From: Obrimoposthia wandeli
Lineage: Eukaryota
DNA: 64,000 bases
NCBI GenBank assembly: GCA_977020255.1
Contig: CDROCS010002100.1
Coordinates: 434,001-498,000 of the forward strand
Direction of reading: 5' to 3'
This document shows positions 40,691 through 54,910 of this stretch, piece by piece. Each line of letters begins with the position of its first letter. Position 1 is the first letter of the stretch. Both the position numbers and the translations under genes were made by a program. The notes beneath the pieces are model-generated. The model worked only from the letters and a program-made list of their open reading frames with translations, made no database searches and was not told the origin of the DNA.

Positions 40691-41049
40691 ATATATATAT
40701 AATATTTTGCCGATCGTATTTCAATATATTTTCATTATTCGCCGTCTTAATATTAAAAAAAGTAATTTATTTCTATTCATTATTTTTGTGAAAACTCATT
40801 CAAACAAATTTTAAAAATAATTAACATAAGATTTTTCGTTACAATCTGCGTAACTTATTATTACTGCTGTAACCCTTTTTATCCCAGTGTTGTGCATTTG
40901 TAGCGTGCTGTAGCTTTGTCATTCTTAGCGAATAAAGTCATTTATAACCTTACTGACTATGAAGTAAAAACATAAAGAAAAATATTGTTTCAAAAAAATG
41001 TTTTGTGTCTTAAAATAAGAGTTAATATATATTGTATAGGAATTAGAAT

Positions 41050-41343
41050 CTGTGCTTTTCAACCTTTTTGCTGGAGCGGAACCACATGGAAACATTCCAC
41101 TGGCTGGAGGAACTTCTGTGCAATAATTTAATTGTCTTATGCTAAAAACAACATTTAATTAATAAAATGAAAAGAAAGTACTCATGTTCAGAGTATTTAT
41201 TTAAACAATATGCATATAATAATAAAATAGATTTTCGAATTTGAATTTAAAATGTCGTTTATTTGTTCGTAGTTCTAATTTAGAAATTTAGAAATTTCAG
41301 AACCCCTGAACTGTACTGGCGGAACCCTGGCTGAAAACTACTG
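41050..41343. mobile_element. hAT-type MITE
   Basis: Degenerate TIRs (CTGTGCTTTTCAACC / GGCTGAAAACTACTG), GCGGAACC subterminal motifs, and near-identical AATTAGA flanks. Confidence 0.55.
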
Positions 41344-42399
41344 AATTAGATAATATTAAAGTGCGAAAGTTTCAACAGCTGAAAAATATAGATATTAGCA
41401 AGATTTTTATCTATATAATGGTTCTAATAAAGATGGGAGTATTGGGATTTGATAAATGTTCCCGAGGAACTTTTATCAAAGTTAGAAAAATAAATAAGTT
41501 AAAAAGTCGAATTTCAAACTTACACTATTGATAAAATTAATAGACAAATTTAAAATTTAGATTTTTAATGCATTCAACTCAGTTATTGCATTTAATTCAA
41601 CTAAAGCCCATATGTAATTTTAAAAGTGTGATATTGTAAAATAACTATACGATATATACATTTAATTAACAGAAAAATGTTCTCAATTTATTAGGGCTTC
41701 CTTTTAAGACGGGCTTTTTTCGAGGCATTGATTTGATAAGTTTTCTAAGGATTTCCTGTATATTTGTGTCACTGTTTTGTTATTACATTTTCACATCTCC
41801 CATGATATTTTTCCAATTAGAAAAGATTTTCAAGAACGTTAAGATTTTGGATATTTCTATTTCAGTTAGGCACCGTTAGTCTCCAGATAGTTAGATATGA
41901 TCTCGGCTGTATGGCACAGAAATCGATCATGTAAAAATATACCACTTCCATCAGGATACCATTATTCCATCTGTCTGTCCATCTGACTGCCAAGTACTGC
42001 GCTTTTCTTATGGTACCCTATTTTATACTACATTATAATTCATGGAATTTAAAATTATTCTGAATGCTGAAGATAAATTTAATTTGCAATATACTGTTAT
42101 ATCTTCTCGATATTATTAGCACTAACATCCAAGATGATTTTAGCATATATATAGTGATCATTGAAATAGTGAAATAACTATTTTAAATATTTTTATCCAA
42201 GTAAAATGTTCTCTATTAAATTATGCGATTTAAATAATTTCTATTATTTAAGTTAGAATCCAAATTAAATTAAATTATTTTTTTTAATACATACGAAAAA
42301 TCAATTTGATCCATATTTTCTTTTAATATTTTAATCAGAGAAATGAAAAAAACTCGCATATGTTAACAACAAAAAACACAACTTTACCAAATATTAGGA

Positions 42400-43250
42400 A
42401 TGTATTTTAAATAATATTTAGGAAGAAGGGTTGTGTAAAAAATGGATTCATTTTGATAGGGGTCGGATAAGAAGATATAATATCCCTCATGGATATAGTG
42501 CAAAGAATCAACAATTATATTATATTTATATGGCATGACGTCAAAATTTCACTGAATCAATATATAAAGAAAATAAATCTTTACTAATAGACAGCGATAA
42601 AATATGTCTTAGAAATCAGGCCTCTAATTCAGTTAGAACTGCTAACACCATAATAGATGAGCTAAATGTTGATTTATTTAGACAATCTACAGAACCTTGA
42701 AAACGTCAGAAATTAAATAAGTTTAAAAAAACAAGTACCAAAGTATCTTGTAGAAAAAAGGATAGAATTCTGTAAAATTTATGTCAAACTTGATTGATCT
42801 AAAGTTTGGTTTTGCGACGAGAAATGCTGGGACCCAGATGGACCAGATCGTGTGAATTATTATTGCCACAATCTCAGGAAAGTTGACGACAATCTGGGGG
42901 AGCTAGTGGTGCTATAATGATATGGTGTGCCATATGGGAAAAAATCCAGAGCTAAATTGCATTGAAGGAAGCCTGAATAGTGAAATGTATCGAGATAAAC
43001 TGCAGACTGAAGTGGTAAATACTGGGAAGCATGACGAGAAACATTCTCCACCGCATGTAAAAATTTGCATTTGAATATCTGGAAAATGTATGTCAAATTC
43101 GTGCAATGTCCGAGTCTTTCCAAATCTGAATCAAATAGAATTCGCCTGGGATTACTCGCATCACGTATTTGTACAAAATAGAGGCTTCTTAAAATGAGGT
43201 CTCTAAATTCCCTGACAGGATTTCACACACATTTGTAAAAAAAATATTCT
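42400..43250 (+). pseudogene. Tc1 transposase remnant
   Basis: DGPDRVNYYCH...IMIWCAI...IEGSLNSEMYRDKL...PNLNQIEFAW, all Tc1 motifs, disrupted. Confidence 0.7.
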
Positions 43251-44879
43251 ACTATACGCAATTGATGATTTTTTTATTGTAGTTCATTTATCTTTTTTGC
43301 TTTTTAAAATTTTAATGATAATCAAAATGTATCATGAATATAATTAATTGATTTTCTTTGATTTATAATAACTTTGTAATCATTGAATTTGTACTTTTAT
43401 TAAAATTTGTAAATGTGCCTTTTTTATTTAAATTATCATTATTTACTTATACTAAGCACAAACTTAATCTATATATATATAAATGTAAATTTATATAAAG
43501 TGCAGCAGAGAAAAGGCCACACATAGTCAAATACACAATGCATTATAATCCATCTTAAATAAATAAATTTATTACCGGGTAGTACAAGCTGAATATAGAA
43601 ATCTCGTCAACAATTGGTATTATGCTAATGCTACTGAAACTTCGCTCAAGAATTTTATTTTAATATTTGAAATTGTTATAAAAATAAATATAGATTAATA
43701 ACTTATAAATTATTTGACAATGTTAAAGCATTGTTAACGGAAGTTTAACATAAATAATTTTAAAGTTACCAAAAAGTTTACCATTCATTTTTATTATTTC
43801 AATATCAAGAATATAATAAATCACAAAAATGACGAATTTGTTCATGTAAATTATTGAGGATTAATTCGTATTGACCACGATGTTTAATTAATAATCTAAA
43901 AAATATGTGAATATAGTCAATAGCTCGAAATTGATAATTAGAACATGAACAAACTTCAAACCCCAGGAACCAGCGTTAGGTCCCATTTTATTTCTTATAT
44001 GTACCGGAGTGATTAATCATAATATGGAAAATTTAATATATATTAATGTCCATATCTCAGCGGATAAAAAATAAAATCGAAATTGTGATTATAATTCAAA
44101 ACATATATTCATCGAAAGATTTTTATTGTTAGTCAGTCAATTTGTAGTTCAAAATGAGAATTTTAAAGTTTATTGTTTCATAACTTTCTAACTAAAAATT
44201 TGAAAATGTTTCAAATTATTCTTAACTAGCTAGTTTAGCATTGCTACCACACAAAAAAACTAGAATTAAATTTAAAATGATCTTAATAATCCAAATTAAT
44301 CCTCAATCACAAACAAACAAAAAACTTTTTTTTTTAATTTTAATGCAAAATAGTATAATCATATACCATTATGTATTCAGAATTGCCACAATATATACAC
44401 GTATAAAACAAAGCTGAAGACTTTCATATTTAAGAAATAATACGACCACTCTCTGTAGCTTCATAATGGAAGTTGAAGGAGCTCCTGTATGCAAATTTGA
44501 TGCGCATTTGAGTAATTTCTAATATTAGATTCTGACGCTTTATAAATATAACTTATCAAATCTTATCTTTTCGAATATCATTAGTACAGTTAGGCTAATG
44601 CAGTTTTTTATACAGAAATCTTTTGTTTGTCACGGGTAGACACAAAATCTGTAACGTTGTTCAGGATGCTGCTGCAGAACTTGTTGAATACTGGATTACT
44701 GATGGTCACAGTGAAAAATGATTGTTTTGGATATTAAAGAGGACTTGGAGCTGAAGGATAATTTTTGTTGTTGTTGATGATGATTGAGGATAATTAATAA
44801 TTTACTCTCGATTTACCAATCAAATTATAGAAGTTAACATTCAGCTGAAACGACATTGCTTAGTGTCAAAAATGTCGTA

Positions 44880-45470
44880 TTAGGATTTTCAAAAATTGTA
44901 AAATGTGTACATAAGATACTTCTAGATCTATCTGCAGCATTTGACATTGTTAAACATTTAATATTATTAGAAGATTAGGAAAATATTGGAATCGATGGAA
45001 TTAAAGTTATTAACTATTGCACAAACTTTCAGTTATAATTGATGACTGTATCAGATCCTGAATACTAAAAATGCCATTTTCGTCAAACGCAATGATTATT
45101 AAGAAATATAATTTCCATTTCCACCTTTTGGCTGATCACACAACTATGAAATCCCATTTTCTGAATTTGAAAATCTTATTAATGAAACAGCTGTATGGAT
45201 GAAATAGCTGTATGGATGAAATTACGACAGTTAAAGACAAATGAAAACAATCGTAAAAATATATAAATCATGTTAAAGAAAAAACTGTTACATATATGTG
45301 AGGGAAAATATTATTAATTTAAAAACTGAAATACAGAACTTTCGTTGTGATATCGCTGAAAACATTATAATGAATTATAAGCTTAATAAGGTGATAGGAA
45401 CATGCAACAGCCATATTCAAAAGAAATAAGTAACTACTGGGATGACTACAATGCTAATACAAGCGATTAT
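44880..45470 (+). pseudogene. L2/CR1 LINE reverse-transcriptase remnant
   Basis: ILLDLSAAFDIVKHLILL is the canonical 'LLDLSAAFD.V.H.ILL' motif. Confidence 0.8.
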
Positions 45471-48400
45471 TACATCAAAATTTACATTGTTTCATATTTC
45501 AGATCATACATTAAATCGTTTACAATTTTTTTAACAAAGCAGTACAATTAGTTTCAAATGCATGAAAAGTGCTAGTACAAGTGAACATCAATTACGTATA
45601 CCACTTCAGTTTCAGTTTTTCAGTCCCTGGCTTAACATAGAAAATAAATGTAAACAAGTATATTTTTATTTAACGTCAACATGTATCTATATACTGTTTA
45701 TTTTTCTACATATGACCGTTTTTCTTCTGCGAATAATAATCTCCTGGAAAGCCTGTTCAAAGAAATCAGGCTCGCTTTTATTTAAAAAACGCGAAAACTA
45801 TCAATAAATTCATCTCTGGTGTTGAACCTTAATACAAAATGAAGAAATGAATAACACTTCTGTATTCAACTTGATTTATCATTAATTAGCAGAAATTTGA
45901 AAATGTATAAATAACAAAGAAAACCAAAGAGAGTAATTACAAAAAAAATCTATATATAGTGATGAAGTTATATAGAAAATTACAGTTTCTATTTGTTTTA
46001 TTTATATGTGAGGTTAGGTACTTTTTGAACGTATCACTTATATCAGGAATATGTACAAAATGAATAAGAACATTGTAGTAGCCTCTTTTGTTCTTGTCGA
46101 ATATCGGGAATTAAAAAAGAATCTACCTTTTTTAGAAATCTCAACTGAATGTCTTGGATGATTTTTGATTAAGTCAAATTTACAGTTTCTATGTATTATT
46201 TCTTTTCATTTAGTCTGTTTAGCTGCATAGTTATCAAGCGCTGACTTTTAACTAAATACTGAATAATTAAAACTATAAATCACGAATATTTGAGATCTTT
46301 TAACTATTCTCAAATATATATCTACTGACCCTGATATTTGAATCGGTCTGAGTTTGAGGATTCAAGATGATTTTCTCACAGCATTGCCTTTGTCAACTTT
46401 TGGATTTCTTCTTATAATAAATTACTGTTGAAAATTCTAAAATAACTTTTTTGGATTTGAATTTCGAAATTTTCAGATCTATCACTTTCATTCTGCTACA
46501 TTTTTCCAGCTCCCTCTGAAATGGACATAATTTTTTTTCTGTCACAAATTTAGATTGAAACCATCTTTTTAAGAATAACCATAAATCTTTTTCGTCCTTA
46601 TCTAAGAGAAAGTTAAGCAAAGCCGTATAATTCTTAGCCAAATATTTGCATCTTCGTCGAATCAGCGTGGAATTACCGAATTCTCGCCTCAAAACTTTTT
46701 TTAGATTCCTTTGGTGAAGCCTGAAATAATTTCTTCTGAGCTTTCGATTGGGATTTCTTTCCAACATTACTGTAGTAACCAGTACCAATCGAAAATTGTG
46801 GAGTATCATATTTATATATTCAGTAACTACTCTTCATGTTTTTATTTTAAAGCATCACAACTTACTGACAAAGAAGTTTAACACCCTTCCGTTTTGAATA
46901 ATTGTGTCGTGAAAATATTTTGCTCAGTTTTCAGACAACTTCAACAATAAATTGAGAAAGAATGATAACGAGGATTGTCCAGTTTGTTTTCTCAATTTGA
47001 TTACTTGCGTTTTATTAGTATACCTTTAGTATTTTTCCTTAGCACAAGGAACTTGTATAAACTCAAGATATTTTATAACGAAAGAATGATTTGCGAATAT
47101 TTCTTAAAATAACCATTTACATCAATGTTTACTAAATATTTTATTCTTCTGACATTTTCTTTAATTTTTAAATGCATATTTTATATTCGTTTTTTAAATA
47201 TTTTAAACTCTTTGGAATTTATTTTAAAACGTCAATACAGTCTGTAACATCATATTTTGATCAGTATTAAAAATAAGTTTTACACAATTACTATGTACTC
47301 GAACTGACAAGAATATAGTCTCATACAAACACAATCATTTACAAATATCCACTTATACGATATTCTTTTTTGAATTTCTCAATAGATTTCCTAATTGCGC
47401 TTCTTTTCTTCTTGAACACAGGAACTTTTTGAAACCGAGTAACTTTGATTTTTCTTTAAACATCTAGTATTTATTTTCTTTAAAATCATTATTTAATGCG
47501 CCAAATAACCTTTTCCTTCTTTTGAGAAAGTTTTTCACTTTTTTAAATGGTTAAATAATTATGTTAAATAATATATAAATTTCTGTGTGATATTAGCAAA
47601 ATTAAGCAAAAGCAGATGATTGAAAATGTAAAGATGGAAATTTATTGGAAAAGAATAGAAGTGGTCAAATAATTATGTTACAGACTGTAAATTCAATATT
47701 CTGGTAAGTTCGTAACTTATTTACTTCTAATAAAAGCTCATTTAAATTTTAAAAATCCTATTATTTCTTATTAGTCAAATTGAGTTTAAAACTTTCTTTA
47801 TCTGACTACCCGAGGCGGCTTTCATATGAAACATCTTGTATATGTGACTCTCAGCTTTGCAAACCAATATATGACATGTTATGTGGGATTTTTCTCCAGG
47901 ATGATTGTAGCCTCTGGGGGAAATCGCCCTTAATTTGGAGACCGCTGATATGAATCACAGATTGAAAGAGATACAAATCCAACTTCAGTTATGCGGGATG
48001 CGGGATCATTGTGTTTCACCTACCTATTTGCATAAATGCTTGGTCGAAATTTCTGTAATTCAAATGTAATTGAGATTTTTCAGCTGATTTCCCACAACAT
48101 CAGACTTGCTTCGAGAAACAGCTGTAATTGAATTCTAGACCACCCACAGCGGGGGAACTCAATTTACATCCAAGCCATCATATGTAAGGAGGCAAATAAT
48201 GCTATAGATGTATACATATCTCTGATTGCCAACAGAAGACTGTCTAGGCATTCAATTCAATCAAAATATCATAAATTGCTCCAATTACGAAATCTAGGAC
48301 AAATGGGAACAGGGAACAACTTTCAAAGTTATTTGGCAAAAATAATATTAATTCATAAAAGTCTATATTGGGATACTTTGAACAATGAGACCTTCTAAGT

Positions 48401-51400
48401 CATTGATATTTCTTTTTAAAACATTAGAATATTCGATGAAAATTTCATTTAAAAAATTTGAAATAATTTAAATTCTAAAAAAATTGTAATTTCCCCAAAT
48501 AACAAGGTATTTTAATATTTTGTGCTTACTATAATATAGTGATGTAACTGTAACATAAAATGGTACCTGAGTTTAATATAATTAAATTTACATCTATGAC
48601 GAATAATTACCAGATGCATTTATTAAGTCTTTTAAATCGAACATCGGAATTTCTGTTACGGTGCTTAGATTCTAAGAAATAAAAAATACACCAATAAACA
48701 AATTAAAATCTGGGTTATATAGATACTGGTTCTAAACACTGACACCCTTACGTTACAAAAACACGACAAAAAAGTTTCTTTCGGCACATGAGGTCAGTGT
48801 CATTGTCAACCAACTGATTGAGACAGCATTGAACCATTTTTCAAGAAGATTTTTCAAAAAAATAATATTAGGTAATAGTTCAAAATAAACTTCATTATCT
48901 ATAGTCACTGCTACATAGTCATAGTGATGGAACTTTTTTTTATCATATTATATCTATTTTTCATTTATATTTACCGGTTCACCAGGTCGACCTATGTTAT
49001 GTTGTTTTTTCTTGTGCCAAAATGTACGAAATAGATCCGTTTTTATCGACTATCGTCAACTTTTTACAAATATTATTTATCAACTTCCATACGAGTTTCC
49101 ATTTGTGCTTCAGTCATTTCCTTTGGAATCATTTGCGTTAAGAAAATTAAGTAGAAGCCCTGGTTACTGTTTGTTTTGAGAATTGTCATCCGCCAATAGA
49201 TACAATCTTCAACTTGTTTAACTCTACTGGTAGTGTAGTCAATAAAAATACGAAATTACAAGTGCTCTTAATATGATATCTAATGAAATGTAGAGCCATG
49301 TGTATAATTCTTTTAGGGTTTGCATTGTTAGTTGCATTTATAATAAATACATGTACTCCTTATATACTGTGAATTTTAGTTCACAAACATTATAATTTTT
49401 GAGTTTTTTAATTTTAATCTGTAAAGTTACTTTTTGAACAGCAAATTTTCTTTACGTTTTTAAGAAGTTGTCAAAATGTACAGATAAGCAGAACACTAAG
49501 ACATATAAAATAGAAGTTCATTACCGAAATATTTTGCTGTAGAAGAAAACAAATAAAATAAGTAGTTCCTTTTTTATAATTAATTTGTTGTTGAGTATTT
49601 GTTATGTACTTTGACAGATTTCTGGCTTTCAATATGGATATCTGCACCTGGACAGATATATCGAGGAAAATTTGCTATTAATTGTATTTGGGTTGCAGTT
49701 CTTTTAAAATTTAACCAAAAAATGTAGAGTTTATTTTTGATTAAAGCCATTTAAAATAAAAATAGATACGGTGGTTTCAAAAAATTGAAATTTATTTTCA
49801 TCATTTCTTGTGCAGATAATTGAAAGGTCAATTTACTTTTTACTTTTCAGCTGACAATGTTTATTTATAAAAGATTTTTAAAACACAGTGACTAACTTTT
49901 TCTGTCAATATTTTGTTCTATTAACAAGTATGACTTTTTATAGAATTAACAATAAATTAAATTGTTATAAGTTTCCTTGTAACATTGGTTTTATGGGTTA
50001 AATATATCTAATTCAAAAGAAAAAAATGTTTATTTTTCACTTAATGTATCTTATAAAGAAGAAATGTTGTATAAGAAATTCATTAAAAGTTTGTTTTAAA
50101 TATAACTTCCTTCAAATTTAATATTAATTTAATGAATTAATATGTAATGTATCTGATACAACAATAACTTATAAAACTAATGTAGTTTGAAAATATTTAA
50201 CAATAATTATATAATTATATAATTTGTATTTAAATAATAAACTTGATAAATATAATGTGATAAATTCATGAAAAATATGCATTATTTATTTTCGTTCTAA
50301 ACTACTCTAACTAAATAAACACGTTTTAAAAATTAAATAAATTGAAATAAAGTATTCTTAATTTCTATATTAATAGACTAATCGTTATTTATAAGTTAAT
50401 TATTTGTCGAATAATATATAATTTGTTGTTATCTAACCTTGAACCTTATCAGGTAAACTCTAGTGAAAATAGTAAATCTTAACTGAAAGTAAAATTTAAA
50501 AGGAAGAACAAAACCATTTCAATAAAAAGTGAATAAAATATATATAGTTTTACGCATAAATTAAATTAAAATATGTAACAATTTCTCAAAATCATTGTTT
50601 TAAAATAAATGGGAATGTGAGTGTAATTTTTTTGATTCTAACATCATTCAATTCACTTTTAGATATAACTCTTTAATTGTTAATTTATAATTAATAGAAA
50701 CAGAATTGGTTTCTCAAAGTGCTACTGTATTATTATATAATAAAATTAGTACGTTTCATCACATTAGTAGAAGTAAACGTCGTAATTAGACTAATTAATT
50801 TAATTCTGCACCCTGCGGTTATTCGTGGACTTTAAAATAAGCAATTAATAAAAGTAAAAACAGAAAATTAATGTTGTAATTTCTAGGAAAAAATAAAACA
50901 TAAACTAACACGTTTTAGAATTATACTTTCAATTATCTGTCAATGTTTATAATTTCACTTCTACCAAAATTTACATTTGTTTATATGCATCAATTATTGA
51001 TACCCTTCAAGTTACAAGGGAATTGACTAAAATAAATTACAAAATGAAATCCTAAAGTAATATTTTTTTTGAAAGTAAAGTTTTCTTTGTGTATACTTTT
51101 GACAATTTAACATTATTAATTTTGTTTAAATATTTTATTTATTTGTCTAATTTTTAGTTTTTATTTTTAAATCATAACTTTGTTATAATTTTATAATACA
51201 TATTATAATTTTCTGAATATATTGTAAGACTTACAGTTTATTGTTATGTTAAATTTGAGACCAATATATTCATCGGATGTTAAGATTTGAATAATTTTAT
51301 CTAATTTAACAAGTGTCGCTATTTTATATTTGCATAGTGGATATTTAAAAAATGCAGTAATAATCAAAGATATTGAGTTTTAATGAATTATATTTTAACT

Positions 51401-54400
51401 ACTTATACAAGTAAGTAAATCAGACTTTTAATAATTGTAAATGAGTAAAATAAATAACAACTAAAGATATAATTTTAGTGTCATAATGTAGAAATGATAA
51501 AATATTACAAATATATCGTTCAATTTATTCTTAAAGCACTCAAGAAACAAGATTTTAATTATTGATCAAAACTTTGAATGTGGATTTAAAGTGTGTTCAA
51601 TAGCATATAGCTTTCTAACCCTGATCTACATTTGATATAAAACTAGAATAAATCAAAAACAATTACGAAAGCGATATAGACAATAAATGTATACTTCATA
51701 TAGGCGTAGAACAAAAAAATTTGAGACCAATTGTTCTTATGTTTTCCATATTAATGAAAATCTGAAACTGACTTTTTTAAATTATCAATATAGTATGTTT
51801 ATCATTCTAAATGCCGAAAATTTAATTAAAGATAGTGCACAGTCGGTTCGAACTAATTTTCCAATCGATAAAATGTCTCGGCAATTCAATTAATTTATGC
51901 CAAAAAGAAATATAAAAATAGTTTATGTTCTACTTATGTTTTGAATGAATTTGTTATCAGGAATATTAAAAGCATAATGTATAATTATACAAATTTATAA
52001 CATATTTACGAGAGAATATTTTTTAAATTTAAAACAGCCAATGAAATAAAAAAAATTATTACATTTGACATAATTCTGTATTTTATTGAAATTAAGATAT
52101 TTTTCATTAAATATTAAGATATTTAAAAATTAATAAGATTGAAAATGTTTGTTTTTGTCAGGAGTATTTAAGCTACACTGTATTTAAATATCGGAAAATA
52201 AATTAACGATTTATTCTAGAGTTTATAGCGTTAAACATTTATTTTGGTTTTAATTTGAATCTTGAAGCTATAATATCAGTAATGTAATCAGAAACCGGAA
52301 TTATCTTACTTTCAATAATTTGTTTAAGAACTGTGTCTATATCTATACTAGTCAGTCATATATCTGAAATATTCAGTTCCCTTTCATTCAGGCATTTTTC
52401 TTATCGATTTATTTTGACTTTATCCCTTACTTTAACATGGCCATATTTGTTTAACATATTCACAAATGCTGTTATTAACTAATATTTTGATTTAATTGAC
52501 AATTGCCATTTCTAATAGACTATTATTTCTTTCTAGAAGATTATTAGTTGTTCATCTCTATGGATTACTTAATGAGGTCAGAAACAATAGTTTTTGAAAT
52601 CGCAGACCCAGAAACATTTTGTTAAGCCTTTAAGCCTTTGAATTGCCCCAAAATATTTTTATTTAACAACATTCATATTTTATTTTTATTTTCCTCCATT
52701 TTTTACTCCTAACAATTGTTAATGAAGAAGTGTACATCCTGGAGAGGGCTTAAGGTGTTGACCCTCTTGTTTCGTGACACGACCTTGACATTGTTATCGT
52801 TGTAAGTATTATAAGTTTCTTTAGACAAAAAATTAGGTTTTCTATTAGTGGTTTTTATTTCTTCTTTAAATCATGCTCTGTCTTTAGGTGGCAGTTGCAA
52901 CTAATGAAAATTCCATAGTTATGACAGAATGGTTATGTTGTGAATTGACATATTTTAATTTGAAGTTTTAATTAATTAATCGAAGTGCTCACAGTTGAAC
53001 GGCGACTTTGTGCTTCGCGATGGGCACATTATCCGCGAAATAGGATATAACACAGAAAATATTACTTGTTCCTCTGTTATTTTACTGCCTCTGTCTATGT
53101 AGTGGTGCTGATTACGTAAATTTTTATAATGTCACTTACGACAGAAAAATGAATATAAAATTGGTTGGCATAGAGAGATTTGTTAAAATCTCTAAAACCA
53201 ATTTTTAAATTGCTATAAAAAAGTAGTATTATTACTGACCATATTGATTACTGTTATTACAGAAAACATAATTATTCCTGACCATTGTTATGGCATTTAT
53301 TGATTAAATCTGAAGTTTTACTGATCATTATTTTTATTGTTTATCTGAAGACTTTAGAGATTTTTACGAATGGATTGGTTGAAAATAATTATCCATCATA
53401 AAATATAACGATTATCAAATATAACACTTACGAAAAAGTATGAATTGATGAACAATCCAGCTTTAATATCTTTCTGGTTAAAAAAAATCAAAAATATCCT
53501 TTCAAAAATTTATTGACAAATGTAAAAATCTCACTACTGGTGATCGTATGCTTACTTTATAAAACGTTGCATGTATTGTATTTAAAAAGGTAAAATAATG
53601 CAGTGTTAAACAAAGCAGTATTTGTAACAAAACAAATTAATTAAGATAAAAAGTAAATCCATAAATGTCTATACGAAAATCAAATAAATGTTTAGTATTG
53701 AATAGAACAACCATTATATAATTAAAATAGGTGGACAACTGCCTTACTCAAGAAAGTAAAATAGGCCATCATCTGAAGATGTTGAAAAGCACTTTTTGAA
53801 ACTTTGCTAAATATACAGATTGTGGAAACTAAGTTTATTTTCAAACATTATTATACAATTAGAAATATCAAATGGATTTAGAATCCGTCTACAGAGAGAT
53901 TCCTGCGAAGAGTGGCTGAGTAGTTGGTAGTCCCAGTAGTACAATTAATGGGATATTTTGCCAACTAAAACTGTAATTACTGGAAAAGTCAATCTCAATA
54001 ACGCTGCTGACTCACTCAGCAGTCAGATCGGATCGAGGTCATTGAGATCTCGTCGACAATGGGACAGTGGAATCAAAGTGAAGAGATCAGAATCGAACTG
54101 ATGAGTTGATGTCAATTTTCGATATCTTGTATCTGATTCTTATCTGTGCTTTACCTCACTTTCTAATCGATTATTAATTCAATTTCAAAATTCATTAAAT
54201 ATTTTACGAATGGAAAATCACAGAAATATTAACACATTAAAGTAGGACTTATCAAGATCGACTATAGAGATCCTTACTATGTCGATCTCGATATGCAAGG
54301 GGTCCATAGAAATTTTAAGGACTATTGCAGGACGATTTTCAAATTCAAATTAGGAATATAATAGCGTTTTCTAAACTTTTCCTTGATTTTGAAACATATG

Positions 54401-54433
54401 AACTTATACCACTGATTTTCTATATTTGTTTCA

Positions 54434-54669
54434 AGTAAGTGTGTCAGGAGGTAGATGTGGCACTTCTGGAACAAAACCCCCCCCCTAAGGACAAAATTTT
54501 TTAAGGTCAAGTTGAGGACAAAAAATCTAGGTCAAGTTAAGGTCACGGTGAGGTCAAGATGTAGGTCATGACCTCATGAGGTCATGGGAAAAATCTAGGT
54601 CATGACCTCATGAGGTCATGACCCCCACTATGCTCAGGAAAAAATTCTTTGTCCTGAAAGACACACATC
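54434..54669. mobile_element. Mini-Maverick-like terminal derivative (~240 bp)
   Basis: The left end is a diverged direct copy of the terminus (AGTA..GTGTGTC..AGGA..GAACA..polyC) and contains an AGGTCA array. The right end is an inverted copy of the terminus. Confidence 0.55.
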
Positions 54670-54670
54670 A

Positions 54671-54910
54671 AGTAGGGGGATGTGTGTCTTTCAGGACAAA
54701 GACATTTTGAACATACCCCCCCCCCCTTGAGCACAGTTTAAGGTCACGATGAGGACATGACCTCATGAGGTCAACTTAAGGTCACGGTGAGGACAAGGTG
54801 TAGGTCATGACCTCATGAGGTCAAGTTAAGGTCAAGTTAAGGTCAATGTACTTTATGGTCAACATAAGGTCATGACGTCATGAGGACAACTTAAGGTCAC
54901 AGTGAGGTCA
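54671..54910 (+). repeat. Maverick terminal repeat region with AGGTCA array and palindromes
   Basis: More than 10 AGG(T/A)CA hexamers, mostly at 11-bp spacing, and recurrent TGACCTCATGAGGTCA palindromes. TIR status is inferred because the other end is not visible. Confidence 0.75.

Noticed and set aside
47760-48300. GC-richer island as a gene or retroelement pol fragment
   Set aside because: No recognisable motif or open frame found by eye.
54480-54910. CRISPR-like array of short palindromic repeats
   Set aside because: No unique spacers of constant length, no cas genes, and a eukaryotic context. It is the Maverick terminal array.
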